64,000 nucleotides of DNA from Nageia nagi (Eukaryota > Plantae > Pinophyta): positions 95,790,001 through 95,854,000 of the forward strand of contig JBITNC010000001.1 in assembly GCA_050084985.1 (NCBI GenBank), written 5' to 3'. Positions 11,271-24,839 of this stretch are shown piece by piece (the first letter of the stretch is position 1; each line of letters opens with the position of its first letter). Made by a program: the position numbers and the translations under genes. The notes beneath the pieces are model-generated. The model searched no databases. It was not told the DNA's origin and worked only from the letters and a program-made list of their open reading frames with translations.

Positions 11271-12546
11271 GTTTGAAACAAAGGCTCTTGATTCATTTCC
11301 TTTAAAACTAGAATGGGGGGATAGATATGTGGATGACACAAATATGAATTGGCCACATGGAAAAGATTCTCTTGAATTTCTTCATAACACCTTAATTCAA
11401 TTGATGATTGTATTCAATTTACAAAAGAAATTGAACATGATAGTAAGATACCTTTCTTAGATGTAGTAGTGTATAAAAAGGATAATGGGGATTTGGGTCA
11501 TGAGGTATATACAAAAAAGACACATACAGACATGTGCTTGCATGCTTCATCTCATCATCATTATGCTCAAAAGATGGGGGTATTCAATCCTCTAATAACT
11601 AGACTCCTAGAATTTCAATAATGACCATATACATAAGGAGAAAATGCATATAACTAAAGCATAATGAGTAATGGTTATTCTAACCAAAAAGATTAGACAT
11701 GCATGGAATAAGATAGAAAGAAGAAAAAATAATGAGAGAATAGACCATAATAATACTAATTCATACATAGGGGTAGTCTACCTTCCCTATATCGAGGGTT
11801 TAAGTGATAATTTAGCCAAAATATTAATGAAAGCACATATTAAGACAATTTTCTTCCTCTTAATAAATTAGAGAACATGTTCTTATCTGTGAAGGACTAC
11901 TTAGAACCCTTACAACATAAAGGTGTATATAAGATAATGTGTGACTGTGGAACTTGTTACATTGGTGAAATAGGTAAGTCAATACATGAAAGAGTTAAAG
12001 AACATTGTGCTGATTTACAATATAATAGAATAATCAAATCTGCCCTTGCTAAACATATAGATAAGACTAAACACCATATACTCATGGATAATATTGAAGT
12101 CCTAGCTAGATGTGATTAATTACAAGAACAAAGAATTAAAGAAGTTATTGAAATTAATCTTAACCCTAATAATATTAATAGAGACCAAGGTGTTGAGATT
12201 AGTAGGGCATGGTTACCTATTATTGATATAATTTACAAATAAAAAGGAAAAATAATTGATACTAAAATAGCCATAACTTTTGCATTTTAACTCGATTTTT
12301 CATTTTTTTACATCATTGGAAAGATATTTTATGTAGAATTTAACTTTATTTATCTTTTTGGTATGTTATAATGATAGAAAGTTGATATTGATTTTATAAA
12401 ATTGGGTAGTACTTATCTCTACTTAAAGAAGAAGGTTACACTTTATTTTCTTCATTCATTAATTCTAAAGATGGGTCCTATAGATTGGACTCGAAATATC
12501 AATAATTCAAATTCATATGCAAGTCAACTAAAAATAACTAAAGAGA
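11271..12546 (+). mobile_element. 5'-truncated Penelope-like retroelement (RT C-terminus + GIY-YIG endonuclease), decayed
   Basis: RYVDDT, FLDV..YTKKTHTD..LHASSHH, LPYIEGLSD, then GVYKIMCDCGTCYIGEIGKSIHERVKEH (GIY-YIG). Absent from copies 2 and 3. Confidence 0.9.
12458..12507 (+). ncRNA. Decayed minimal hammerhead ribozyme motif at the Penelope-like element 3' end
   Basis: CTAAAGA-T-GGGTCC-tatagatt-GGACTC-GAAA-TATC corresponds to CTGANGA/stem II/GAAA-CG-TC, with changes only at CHG and CG sites. Confidence 0.65.
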
Positions 12547-13364
12547 AATCTTAGTCTTCCTTTTCATTTTAATTTATGTTGTTATTTTATATTAACACTT
12601 CATTTCACCATCATCCCATAATAGTTATTCACATTTGTATATTTTATAACCTTTTGTATTTTTGATAAAATTATAATGATATTTGGTGTGCTTCTCCAAA
12701 TCTCTTTTTAGGGTGATAAGGTGGTGATAGAGCTTGATCATTTATGGATATTTATTAGCCACTAGGATATGCCCCTTTCACAATGAATCATATCCCACTA
12801 AAGTAGTCTTCTAGGTATAAATCTCAATCTTTCCAACATTGTCATCCAACTCTACATGGATACTCTAGATCCTCAATATGCCCTCATTCATAACCACAAC
12901 ATACTACATTATCTTGTATAACTCATCATACTAATGACTAGGATACATACTTTAAAGAATAGAACCCATCATTAGAAGGGATGACTTCCAAGGATATAAT
13001 ATGCATGGGATCAGATAATATTTTCCTATCATAATGATGGTGTCATATTCCTATTGAAACTAAGGATAAATGATGATGATAAGATCACCCCTTCCAACAT
13101 GATTTAAATGTCATTTTCTAAGATGCTCCTATAGGTTTAAACATGTGTTTATTATTATTTTTTGTTAATTCATCATCCAATATTAGGGTTAGTTTGAATA
13201 ACTCATATGGGGTTCCTTATCCACCCATTCTTTTTGTTGTAAAGTTATTATATATATTTTTAATATAATACATTTTCATGAAAAGAAGATTGATAAAAAC
13301 AAGTAATATCTATAAATACTTCATTAAATTGGATTGATTCTCAAGCTTGAAAATAATTTTCAAT

Positions 13365-16300
13365 TGTGATGGTGGGTGTTGTGGAGCGGGTGGGGAGTGA
13401 TGTGGTTCGAGTGGGCATGTCGAGGAGCTTGGTGGTTTAGGTGAGGTTTTAGATCAAGGTGGGGGAGTTGGTCTAGGATCAAAGATTCAAGTTGGTGAAG
13501 CTTTGAATGGTAATCCATTCCCTATTTCAGTTTCTAAGGTGAAGGTTGACCCTAAGCCTCTAGATTCTATCAAGAATATGATAAAGCAGAGAAAATTATC
13601 TTATACATAAGTGGCAAGAAGGTCAAACATCTCTCCTCTAGATTTGTGCTTTAATATTTGAGCTATGGAGGGGAAGATTAAGATTCTCCCAGAGATCATT
13701 AAGATCACTATGGAGGAAGGTGCTTTGAGTCTTGTGGGAAAGTTCTTAGGTCCACATCTGGATATAGATTCATTATGGGAATGGGCTTTTCAAAAATATA
13801 AAACAAGTAGGAGGTTTGATATTATGGCTCTTTTGAATTTTCTTCTTGATTAAGTTTTGTTTGGGAGAGGATCTTCAAAACATTTTGTATGAGGTACCCT
13901 AGATGTTTTAGTAGTGGGAACTATTTGTGATGAAATGGGCCTCAAATTTTGATCCCAATATCCAAGTCATTACTTTTGTTTCTATTTAGGTCAGACTTCC
14001 AAGTCTCTCATTTCAATATTGGCATGATGAAGTCTTATATGGGATTGGGAACTGGATTGAAATTCTTATTACCATTGATAAAGCTACCAAGATAAAATCT
14101 TGCATGATCTTTGCAAGATTATGCATAAGCATCTTCCTTACTTCGAACCTCCCAAAGATAATTGACTTAATTTTAGAGCTAGGATTTTGGTCACAAATGA
14201 TTGAGTACAAAAATCCTCCTCAAACCTATGAACATTGTAAGAACAAAGGCCATGATTCCTCATGGTGTCCTATGAAATTGTAGGATAAATATAAGAAAAA
14301 ATAATATGGTGGGAAAAGCTTTGTCCATATAATAGAGCTAGGAGATACTTTGGGACCGCCCGATTGTCAAGGAGGAATTGGGGAGTTTCCACCATTAATG
14401 CTTTCTATAGCTTGGAGGACCAGCTATCTAAGGTGGATCTGATGATGGAGAAACTATTATATCACAAAGCCATGGCCCTTGTGGGGCCAAGACAAATCAC
14501 AAATGAAGCCTTGCTAACATTGTTGGAAGATAAAGAGTTGGTTGATAGGATTTTAAACCAAGATATGGAGGATTAAGAGGATTCTTCCTTTTAAGAGGAG
14601 ATTCTAGTGCTAGAGGAGGAGTACCAAGGAAAGTGGGAAATTATTTCTCAAACACAAGGGTTTGAAGACCCCCAAGTTGGTGTTATGTCTAATGTTTTGG
14701 ATAGAGTCCCTAAAACTCAACTATTAGTACCCTTGGAACCTAGCTTGGAGCTCATAGCTCAAGTTGATATGAATGAAGATGTTCCTACAACCACCTATGT
14801 CTAGTCTATAGGGGGTAAGTTTTGGGATGATAAGGAGGATTATGAATCTTAAGAGGAAAATATTATTGCTACTTTGGGCTAGAATAATAAAAAGAAAAAG
14901 AAGAAACTTCATGGTTTGGTTAGAAAGGACCACCCTGGAAGACCCTCTAAGGGAGCATTAAGATACCAAGAAACCAAGATGAATATTACTAAGGGAGCCC
15001 AAGATACCCTATTTAGGGGCAAAGGAAATAAAGGTAAAATTGTGAAGTTATGAGAATCCTCTCTTGGAATGTAAGGGGAATATATGATCCCAAAAGACAT
15101 AGAAGTTCACTAGATTTAAAGAAGGATTTGATACCAAAGGTGATCCTTCTTTAAGAAACAAAAATTATTGAAAGAAAGGAACTTCTTATTAAAAATATTT
15201 TATGGAGGGAGGTGGATTTTGTTTCTGTTCATGCATTTAGTAAGTTTGGAGGTATTTTATGTCTGTGGGATATAACTAAATTAGAAGATAGAGTTATTAT
15301 TTCTATTTCAAGTTTTTACTCTATGATTTTCATTTCTTTAGTTACTAAGTAGACCTTTATTATTACGAATGTGTACAACCCCATTACTTGCATGGGTAGG
15401 AAAATTTTGTGGTCTTCTCTAAATCATATGTGGAAAGCTTTTATGGGTTTGAGCTAGATTGTGGCCGAAGATTTCAATGCATCCTTGTACCCTTTTGAGA
15501 AGCCATGGATCTAACTAGAATGAGAGAGGAGGGGGTCTCTTTCTTCCTTGATCTCTCAGGCTAAGATTTAATATCCCAATAGAGATCAGTTGATAAGCTT
15601 CTTAATAAAATTCTTGGCTTGATGAATGAAAGACTCAATAACCTTTTAAGTGGCAAGTTTTAAGAGAAGGAGTTTAAAGCTATTGTATTCGATATGGGTA
15701 GATCCAAGGCTCCTAGCCCAGATGGATTTTCTGAAAGTTGTTTTTAAACCTTTTGGGAAATCCTATGTAAGGATATTGTAATGGAAGTATAGGAATTTCA
15801 AGTCACCAAAATTATGCCAAAAGATGTGAATTCTACCTTTATTGCTCTTATCCCTAAAGATACTGATGCTAATTCTTTTGGTAAATTTTTCCCTATCAGC
15901 CTATGTAATTTCCTTTATAATATTATTTTGAAAATGATGGAAAATAGGTTGAAACCACTCTCCCTCTAATCATTAGTCCTATCAAAGGGGTTTTGTTCTA
16001 GGGAGGCAAATCTTGGATGGGATCATTATGGTTCATGAGGTTACTCACTCGACCTTGAAATCTGGAAGGGATGGCATGTTACTTAAGTTGGATATTAGTA
16101 AAGCCTAAAATAGAGTTAATTGGAAATTCCTATTATTGGTGATGCATAAGTTTGGGTTTTATTATGATTGGTTAGCTTTGGTTCATGAATGTATCTCAAC
16201 CACAACCTTTTATGTACTTTTCAATTGGGCTGATGTGGGCTATTTCCCTAGAAAAAGAGGTCTTCTCTAGGGTGATCCTTTATCCCCCTTCCTCTTTATC

Positions 16301-19300
16301 ATTTTAGCTGAAGCCTTAGGGAGGAGTATTCAAGTGGCTAGTCAAGAGGGTATGATATTTGAAGGTATTAAACCTACAAGGGATCTCCCACCTATATCTT
16401 ACCAATAGTTTTTAGATGATACCTTTATCTACTAGATCTTCTATTCCCCAAGCTCGTTGTGTAAAGCAAATTTGAGACCTTTATGAAGGGGTTGCAAGTC
16501 AAAAAATAAATTTTGAGAAAAGTAAGTTATTTTTATTAAACATTGGAAGGATTGTTGAATAGAGAGTGGAAAATAATTTTTTATTTTGCTATTGGAGAAT
16601 TGCCAACCACCTATCTGGGCATGCCTCTTTTTAAAGGTGCAATGAAAGAGGCTTTGTGGGATCCAATTATTGAATGCTTTTTGAAGAAGTTAGAAGGATG
16701 GAAGGGTGCACTTGTTAGTCAAGCAGGTAAACTTTAGCTGATTAAGTCAATTTTACAAAGCTTTATGGGGTATTATATGTCAATCTTTAAGATCCCAAGG
16801 AAGGTGTTAGACATGCTTATCCAAATTTAGAGGGACTTCCTTTATATAGGTATTAAGGAGAAAAAAAGGATGGCTTTGGTGTCCTGGAGGAAGCTTTTAT
16901 TACCTTTAATATAGGTGGTTTGGGTATTATAAATATTAAAAAGATGAATCTTGCTATGATGGACAAGATAGCATGGAAGGTGGCCATTGGGATAGATTGT
17001 CCTTAGGTGGAAATTGTCAAAGTTATGTATCTTCCAAATTCTTTATTTTTAGAAGAGGTAAATCCAAGGTTAGGCTCCACCTTTTGGAATGGTATCTAGT
17101 GTACTAAGGATTTCCTCAAAAATCATAAATGCTAGATTATTGGTGATGGGAGTAAGGTTCACTTTTGGAAGGATAGATGGTTATTGAAATCCCTTCTTTG
17201 GGAGCACGAGGATTTATATTTGTTGATGAGAAACCTTATTCTAAAATATGGAGGAAAGATTTACAATTACATTTCTCAAGGGGAGAGACACTCATGAAAA
17301 TTATTGACCTTAGACCATCCTTTATATTCTCAAAAGAAAGCCTTGGCTATAGTGAATAAGATGCTTAAATTCTATGCCATGTCTATAGGAAAGGAGGACT
17401 CCTTTCTTTGGGGGGGAGAAACAAGGGTCTTTCTCGGGCAAGTCAACCTACAAGTTCTTGGTAGTAAGATTACCTGAGCGGGATATGGCCCAAAAGGTGT
17501 GGGTCAAGCACCTCATTCCTAAAATTGGTTTTTTTTTTTCTAGGTGGCAACTCAAAATAAAATCCTCACTATAGATAACTTGAGAAGCAGGGGATTCAGT
17601 ATGGCTAATAGATGTATTTTGTGTTAAAGGAAAGAGGAATTAGTGAATCATTTGTTGATTCATTATTATTATATGGTTGAACTCTTACACTTTATTTTGC
17701 AACAATTTTATATGAAGTGGGTGGTTCCTAAGATAGTCAATGATATTCTATAATAATGGGATGATCCTTTCTTTAGTACTAGATTAAGAAGACTATGAGA
17801 TCTTAGTCTTCCCCATATTTGGTGGGGAGTTTGGGATGAAATAAACTATTAATATCACCAATTTCATTAAGAAGAACCTATCTATTTTCAAGCTCAAGAT
17901 ATTTTGGAGAGCCCCTGATGAGGCCTTGATTCTTTTTAATTGGGAATTGGAAAGGAATATTGATCTGATTGTTCAGCACCCTAGAAAGAAAGCTCATTAG
18001 GTGCATCCTTCAGTTGGTTGGCTCTTGGTTAACTTTGATGGTTTTTCAAAAGGCAATCTAGGTCCCGCGAGAGTGACAAGAGTAGTTAGAGATCAAGGGG
18101 GAGAATTAAATTAATTATTGCAAAACTTTTGGGTTATCAAATAGCCATTTTGTTGAATCTTGGGCAACATTCATTAGTCTATCTATGCTTGGAAGATTAA
18201 ATTGTAATAATCTCATTATCATGGGGGATTATCTCAATGTGATTAATATGCTCCAAGGTCCCACTCCTAAAGGTTAAGATGTCAACTCTATGATTGTGGA
18301 GGATAGAGGAATAATAATGGGATTGAAAATGTTACTATCCAGCATAAACTTTCGAGACTCTAACTTCTTGGTTGATCGAATTATGGATAAGGTAGTGGGA
18401 ATGGTAGAATTGATAGTTTGGGAAAGAGATTTTCTTGAATAGTTCATGGCTTTGGCAATAGAGGATGGATGGAAAGATTTGGCTAAGATGTAACATGGGT
18501 TGTGATCATTGGCTTTTAAATTTGAAAGTTATGGTGGAGTTTGTTTACTTAGGTGTTTTGTATGGAAGGTGGGTATTTTTGAAAAGTCTAGCTTGATGTT
18601 TTTATTGATGTGGACTAATGGCATGATTGGATGGGTTTTTTTTAGAATAATTGAATTAGCATCAGTAGATGTTGAGGTGGTTTATACTTATCTCATGGTT
18701 TTTTCCCTTTTGGGTGATAGGTTCTAGGAGTGTGGAAGATTTTGTTGGTAAGGCCAATTGGAAGGGTTTTGGTCTAGGTGACACTTGGGCAAGAGTCTAC
18801 CTTTTATTATCATGGGGGTAGCAAATTTGGGCTTGGTAAGCTTCACATCACTTGATTATGAGGCATAAAATGCATGGGAGTTAACTTTTCATATGATGTA
18901 GGATGGGACAGGCATGAACTTTAGCATATATAATGACTTCAAGCCCATTGTTAGCTCGACTTCATAAATAATGGATTTAGAGAAGTGATAGGTGATGATC
19001 ATCAAAGGGTTTGTAGGGAATCTTGCTATCCTTATAGTATGGACATCATAGCAAGGTAGTTGAGAAGGAGGTGTTTTCAATCTTAAAAGCTTGATTCTCC
19101 CAAAATATGAGTAAAGGTGATGGAAGCTATTATTTATAGTTAGTGTTCCAATAGATTTTCATCATATTTTCTCAGGAATCTATTCAAAAGAATTCATTAG
19201 AGGACCTTAGTGTTTCTGCTATAATGATGGCACATAAGAGAAAACAAGATGTGGAGGGATTAGAATTTAGATTAGAATTAAGGAAACTGAACGTCTCTTC

Positions 19301-20678
19301 TACTATTCAAACAATTGTAGAACTAGGGGGTATCTTGGATTTCTTGGAAAAATTTAATGATCATAATGAAGATGTTACTAGGAAGTTTTGGAAAGATTAC
19401 AAGGGGGCTCGACGAAGGTGTACAAGATCATATTTTAGGTGAATCACAAACTATTATCAAAGATCATGAGGTTGAAAATCTTAGGGGAGACAATTTGGTA
19501 GGATAACCATATTTTGAAAAATAGAGCTGGTTAAATTCTGTAGAGGGGGTCTTGAGCTCCCTCATGAGAAGTAGGTGGTAGTGGTCACATGTTGCTTCCA
19601 TAATTGTAGCTATAGGTTGCTCTTACAATTATGTAGTTCATCACCCTTGATAACACAAATGTATAAGTTTGTATTTTCCATTTTGGGTTCCTAAATCATC
19701 TAAAGGGAATCAAAATGAACATTCCTACATTCCTATTTATGGACTAGATAAGGCAATGAAGGATTTCCAAAAATGAAAAGGGAGTGACCTTAGCCACCAA
19801 GGTCTAATTTTGATGGTGTTTAAATATGTTATAGTTCATACGAGGGTCTTGAACATGTTCAATTGTGTGGTTTTGAAAGGGGGTCCTTTAGTTGGAATAA
19901 TTGAATGCAAATATGGAGGTGGTCAGAGAAGAAATTTGAATTAAATTTGAGAACATGGACTGGTAATTAGCTAGGATAAGGTGAAATGATATCAAACCTA
20001 AAAAGAAAAGAAAGGGGAAATTTACATGGAGGATTTAGATTTTGAGGATGACCTTGATGAGGTGGAGGTTGTGGAAAAATCACTTGAACAATTAGATGCA
20101 AAAAAATAAGGATAAGATATCCAACCTCTTAGGATGGAAGGTTGACTAGAAGGAGCTCTAGAAATGTTTACTATGGAAGAGAAGTGCACTTTTCTAGAAG
20201 TCCTTCCTGATATCCCAGCTCAAAAAGTTGATAATGTGGAAGGGATTGAGTTTGTTCCAAAGTCTCAGTGGAGGTCAAGGGTAGCTCGCTAAGGGAAAAA
20301 CCATTTTGGGTATGATCAATCCACTTTGGTTATAGTTAAGGCCCTTGAGAAAATTTTGCATGAAATGGAAGTGGAAGCTAGTAAGGAGGGTTGATGGTGG
20401 ATGAGTCCTCTATTTTGGTTATGTCCTTTGTTGGTTTCATGATTTTTACAAGGACACTAAGAAGGACTATTTTGATATTTTCTTTTTGCATATAGTAGTT
20501 TTAAATGTTGTATAGGAGGATTTTGATTTGATGTATTATCTTTGCTTCCTATAAGGATTATTATTTTTTGGATTTTCATGATCCAATCTCTCTCTTGAGC
20601 TTAAGTGCTTAATTTTGAGAAGTTGTACATGGTTAGGATTCTAGTAAAAATCCATCCTCCAATATTATTAAAAAAAAA
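13365..20678 (+). mobile_element. Near full-length decayed L1-clade LINE (ORF1, ORF2 EN-RT-zf-RNase H, extra 3' ORF, poly(A))
   Basis: ORF1: LVGKFLG and zinc knuckle remnant EHCKNKGHDSSWCP. ORF2 starts MRILSWNVRG at 15050; APSPDGF, GLL*GDPLSP, *FLDDT, TYLGMPL, NRCILC..E..NHLLIH, and RNase H NFDGFSKGNLGPA at 18031. A9 tail at 20670-20678. Absent from copy 2 (empty site ~47400-47420). Confidence 0.92.
19224..20394 (+). pseudogene. Decayed extra ORF (ORF3) inside the LINE, product unknown
   Basis: Starts MMAHKRKQ..GGILDFLEKFNDHNEDVTRKF; later FITLD, FLNHL, NIPTFLF and HQGLI (19795), then an acidic/Lys-rich tail. Lies upstream of the LINE poly(A). Confidence 0.6.
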
Positions 20679-23529
20679 TTAAGCAATGGTTGAATAAGTG
20701 TATGAATGAATTTTTAATAATGGTATAAGGACATGCCATTTATAACAAGATAACATGATACAATAATTAGGAGGGTTTATTAGGTTTATTTGAGAGAAAT
20801 ATTGGGAGTTTTATATCATAATATAATGCATAAAACGGGTCCATATTATATTATATGTAGGAATATAATGCATAGAGATAATTAATTGCCAACTTTCAAC
20901 ATATATCTCTATAGGGTTTACTACCTATGATATCATTATTTTATAGGCATATAAGGAAGATATAACTACAACATCATTATGGAAAATATATTGAAAGACT
21001 TACATACTTAGAAGGATTTTCCTTGAAGTTTCTATTAGATTTATTACTTTCTTAAGGAATATTATATGGTATTCTTTTTAATCTTAAAATTTGATATTTC
21101 ATAAGTTATTCTCTCTTATTGACTATTCTATTGTATTTTTTTAGTAAAGTCCCAAAACAAACCACTTGGTAAATTAAAACGATTTTTTATACAATAACTC
21201 AAAACCTATTATTACAAATTTGGAATAGTGTGGGAAAAAAAACTACCATTACTTATATCATATTACATTTCCTAAAAAAGGATAAATATTTTTACACATT
21301 TCATACTTACAGAGAATATTTCCCTTTTTAATGGGATTACTACTAAAACCATAATATTTGGGCCTACTATTCTTAAAATATTAAAAATTGATCTTCTAAA
21401 ATCATTAACATTAGTAGTCATCATTTCAACTTCCTATGAATTAAGAGGCTCATACCTTTAGCTTATTGTATTAGGATCCATTTTCATATATTTGGATAGA
21501 TTTCATATGATTTCTTATCTAATTTTGAGAGTATTCTACTGCTAAAGCCATATAAGATTTTCTGCTTATTGTCAGCAACATGTTTGGTTGTTTCTTTTTA
21601 CCTCACCTCATCTTCACTTATAAATCCAATATGTTTTCATGCCATATCAACTTTATTTTATACATTTCAAGTTACCTAGATATCATTCTTGAGAAATTTT
21701 ATTTATTTTACTATAGGTTCCTTCAAGTTTGATTAAAGCTTAGACTCTTTATCTTGATATGCTACTATTAATCCTTTGTTAAGAGATTTCCTTCTTAATT
21801 TTGTAGTGATCCAACCTCTATTATTAGGATGTCCAGTTTTTTGTATTTGCTTCACATTATCCACATATTGTTTAGTAATTCCATCCCTTCTCTCTGGTTC
21901 CTTTTTGATATCCTTGCCTATGATTACCACCATATTCTCCTTGTGCATACTTGATCTATATTCCCTTTATTTAATGGTTCCTTTCATAGAATCATTTGCA
22001 ATTTTTCCTTCCTCTAATTTTTGGTTTCTAATTCACCATTTGTTTCTTGATTCTCTATTACTTACAAATTATATTTTCTATGATTTTCCTTGTTGGGCAA
22101 GATCCTACATTGTGACCAATATGTTTGCAAGTTAGACACATATAATTTTTATTTTCATAGAGCATTTAGTAGATCTATTCTCCTAATTATGATTCTAATG
22201 TGATTATCTTGAAGAGATTTACTCCAAATTCCATCATGACATAAAACCTTGTATTCACCATTTGAGTTCAATCTTTTATGATCTCATTTGATGATAGAAA
22301 TATTTTTAAGGATCCTATGATCCCCTCAAACATATTTTATTTCTAAAATTTGAATTGATGATGCAAAAGGATAACCCAAATTTGATCCATCATAATTTGA
22401 GCTTTGAATGGGTTGAATTTTGGGTTCCATTTTTCTAGAAACAAACCTTGCTTACTAAAAAGCTAAGGTGAGCTTAAAATAAAGTCCATATCCTTTACAT
22501 TAATAATGGTGAACATGATGTAATCATCGAATATTGTAATGATATATATAATTCATTTAATATTTCACCTTAATGTTTCCCATTTATACATCATATCAAT
22601 ATCTGGACTAGCTCCATGAAGTTTTCCAATGAGATTGTAATGCTCCCTTTCTATTGATTGATGAGCCCTCCTTCACTAAGAGGAGTTAAATGAAGGTAAT
22701 ATTGCTTCAATAATGGTATGCATTCTTATTTCTTATGTTGCATCCATATTTTGATATATTTATCTTAAATATTCAATTCTTATGGTCTTCAATACCTAAT
22801 ATTTATTTGGAATTTATCTACACAATGCTTACAAGACATCATTATTGCATACTTGTGCTATCATATAAAAAATATAACATAAATATAAAAGAAAACATGC
22901 AATAATATATTTAATCTAAAAAAAAAAATGTATTAGTGGATCTAAATTATAAACTTATAACATGCATCAAACAATCCTATGGTAGAAATTTAATATGTAT
23001 GATCTAATCTACCATGCAATGCAAAAATATTTCTATTTTAGGATGATGATGTATGTCAAAACCCTAACATGAAGCTAATCTAATCATTGTAGTAATAAAA
23101 AGTAATACAAGCATTGTGCTCAATATCTCATAGAGAATTTTAGGGTCACTCTAAAAGTATGATAAATAAAGTGATTAGAAGGGTTGTAAGGGGAGAGGGA
23201 TAGACATACATATATATAGTAAAGGCAAATTAGCGTTTCATAAAGTTTCCTAAATTAAAAAGACGTAAAATAGGGAATAAAGTTTATTTTTATTGGAAAC
23301 AAGTAAAATATACAATTGGAATCTTAGATAGTTAGTTTTTTCCATTCTAAGATGATGACAATAAAGCAAAAAAAGGCTAAAACTAGCCCAAAGATGGATT
23401 GATTGATTTTGAATCTACAATCCAATTAGGCAAGATCAATAGATGGGCCAATTTATGAGTTAGTAGGATTATTAGGACTTGACATAAACATGATGAATAA
23501 ATATGCACATTTTCAATGTCTATACTTGG

Positions 23530-24810
23530 TGTATATCAATACATAATCGTTACTCCAAGGTTCTTCTGAAAGTATGATCACTTCCGGAGGTGACGTATGC
23601 TAAGCATAATCATAATGGGTTTTAAGAACTATTTTCGAAAGTAATTACATTATGATGAAAGAAGAAAAGCCTCGTGAAGTTAATGTTGAGTAACCCGGAG
23701 CCCGAAAGAGATGACATCAGTGATTTCTGACCTTAACCCAAAATCGGATCCCGGAAGAGATGAGGTCAGCAAGGAGTGATTGAATACCTAGATCCAGTAA
23801 GTAGAATATTCCGGAATGAAGAGATGAGGTCAGCAAAAGGGTTATCAAAAATCCATAATCAGTAAAGTGAAGCATTTCGAAAGTATGAAGATGACATCAT
23901 GGGGAAAACAATGTCCACATTCTTGAATGAAACCGAATCCCGAAAGTGATGAGGTCAGCAAAAGGGTTATCGAATACCCGGAGCTAGTAAAGTGAAGCTT
24001 TTCAAAAATATGAAGATGATGTCATGGGGAAAATAATGTTCACATTCTTGAATGAAATCGGATCCCGAAAGTGATGAGGTCAGCAAAAGGGTTATCGAAT
24101 AGCCGAAGCCAGTAAGTAGAATATCCTAGAAGAGATGAGGTCAGCGAGAGGTGAGATCATAATTATCAAGAAGCCATATCATCTGCAATCTGCCCAATTT
24201 TTGTAACATTCTGCCAAGTGGCGTATGTAGGTAGTATCAGTTAAAAGAAGGCTAGAATCTTGAAGCCATTTTTTTTGTAAACGTTTCTATTCTACAATTA
24301 TTGTAACTATTGTTACTTCAGTATAATTTGTTCTCGAAGACCTGTAGTTTTTCGTCAGTAATATGATACCATCTTGACCTTTCTTGACTAGCACTCGTAA
24401 TTGTTATTCTTAATTAGGTTACATTGTGGCAGCTTGGCATGTTTCTTGAATGATAATTACGAGCTGTTAGTATAATTGTGTCTGCATATATGGTAGAGTA
24501 AAGCTGGGAAACTATTAGAGAGTGAGAGCTTGTACCGTAGCTGCTACACTAGATTCAGACCAAGGTTTCACACACTGTGAAAGCCCATGCTGAACTAGTG
24601 ATTCACCTTTGCTTTCTCTCTTGTTACCCTAAGCCTTTTGCTTAAATTCCTTGCACTCTACTCCTTTTATTTTCTTTCCTGTTACTTCTCCTACACCCAA
24701 TGTATAAGGAACCGGCCTTCTGCAGAGATCAGACTGTCACCATAGTCTATTCTTGATTTACTTTGGTTAAGATTGTTCATGGCGCATATATTACACAATC
24801 CTAATCAATA
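23530..24810 (+). repeat. 5' LTR (1281 bp)
   Basis: TG...TA ends (CA mutated). Roughly 95% identical to the 3' LTR by eye. Internal 125 bp repeats anchored on GATGAGGTCAGC at 23823, 23948 and 24073. Confidence 0.95.
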
Positions 24811-24821
24811 GTATTTCTTTT

Positions 24822-24839
24822 TGGCACGCCCGGTGGGAC
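24822..24839 (+). promoter_or_regulatory. Primer-binding site, probably tRNA-Arg type
   Basis: TGGCACGCCCGGTGGGAC lies 11 nt after the 5' LTR and resembles Tat/Ogre Arg PBSs as I recall them. Confidence 0.75.

Larger units (their letters stand above)
2605..23005. repeat. Large tandem repeat, copy 1 (with insertions)
   Basis: Marker aatcta(c/a)catgyaatgyaaaaa recurs at 2605, 23006, 50236 and 62581, with colinear homology between the markers. Confidence 0.92.

Noticed and set aside
20700-22700. Classifying the minus-strand coding-like debris of the unit (possible RT-like FLG/DD traces) as LINE, LTR or caulimovirid
   Set aside because: Too decayed to assign by eye; needs a consensus and HMM search.
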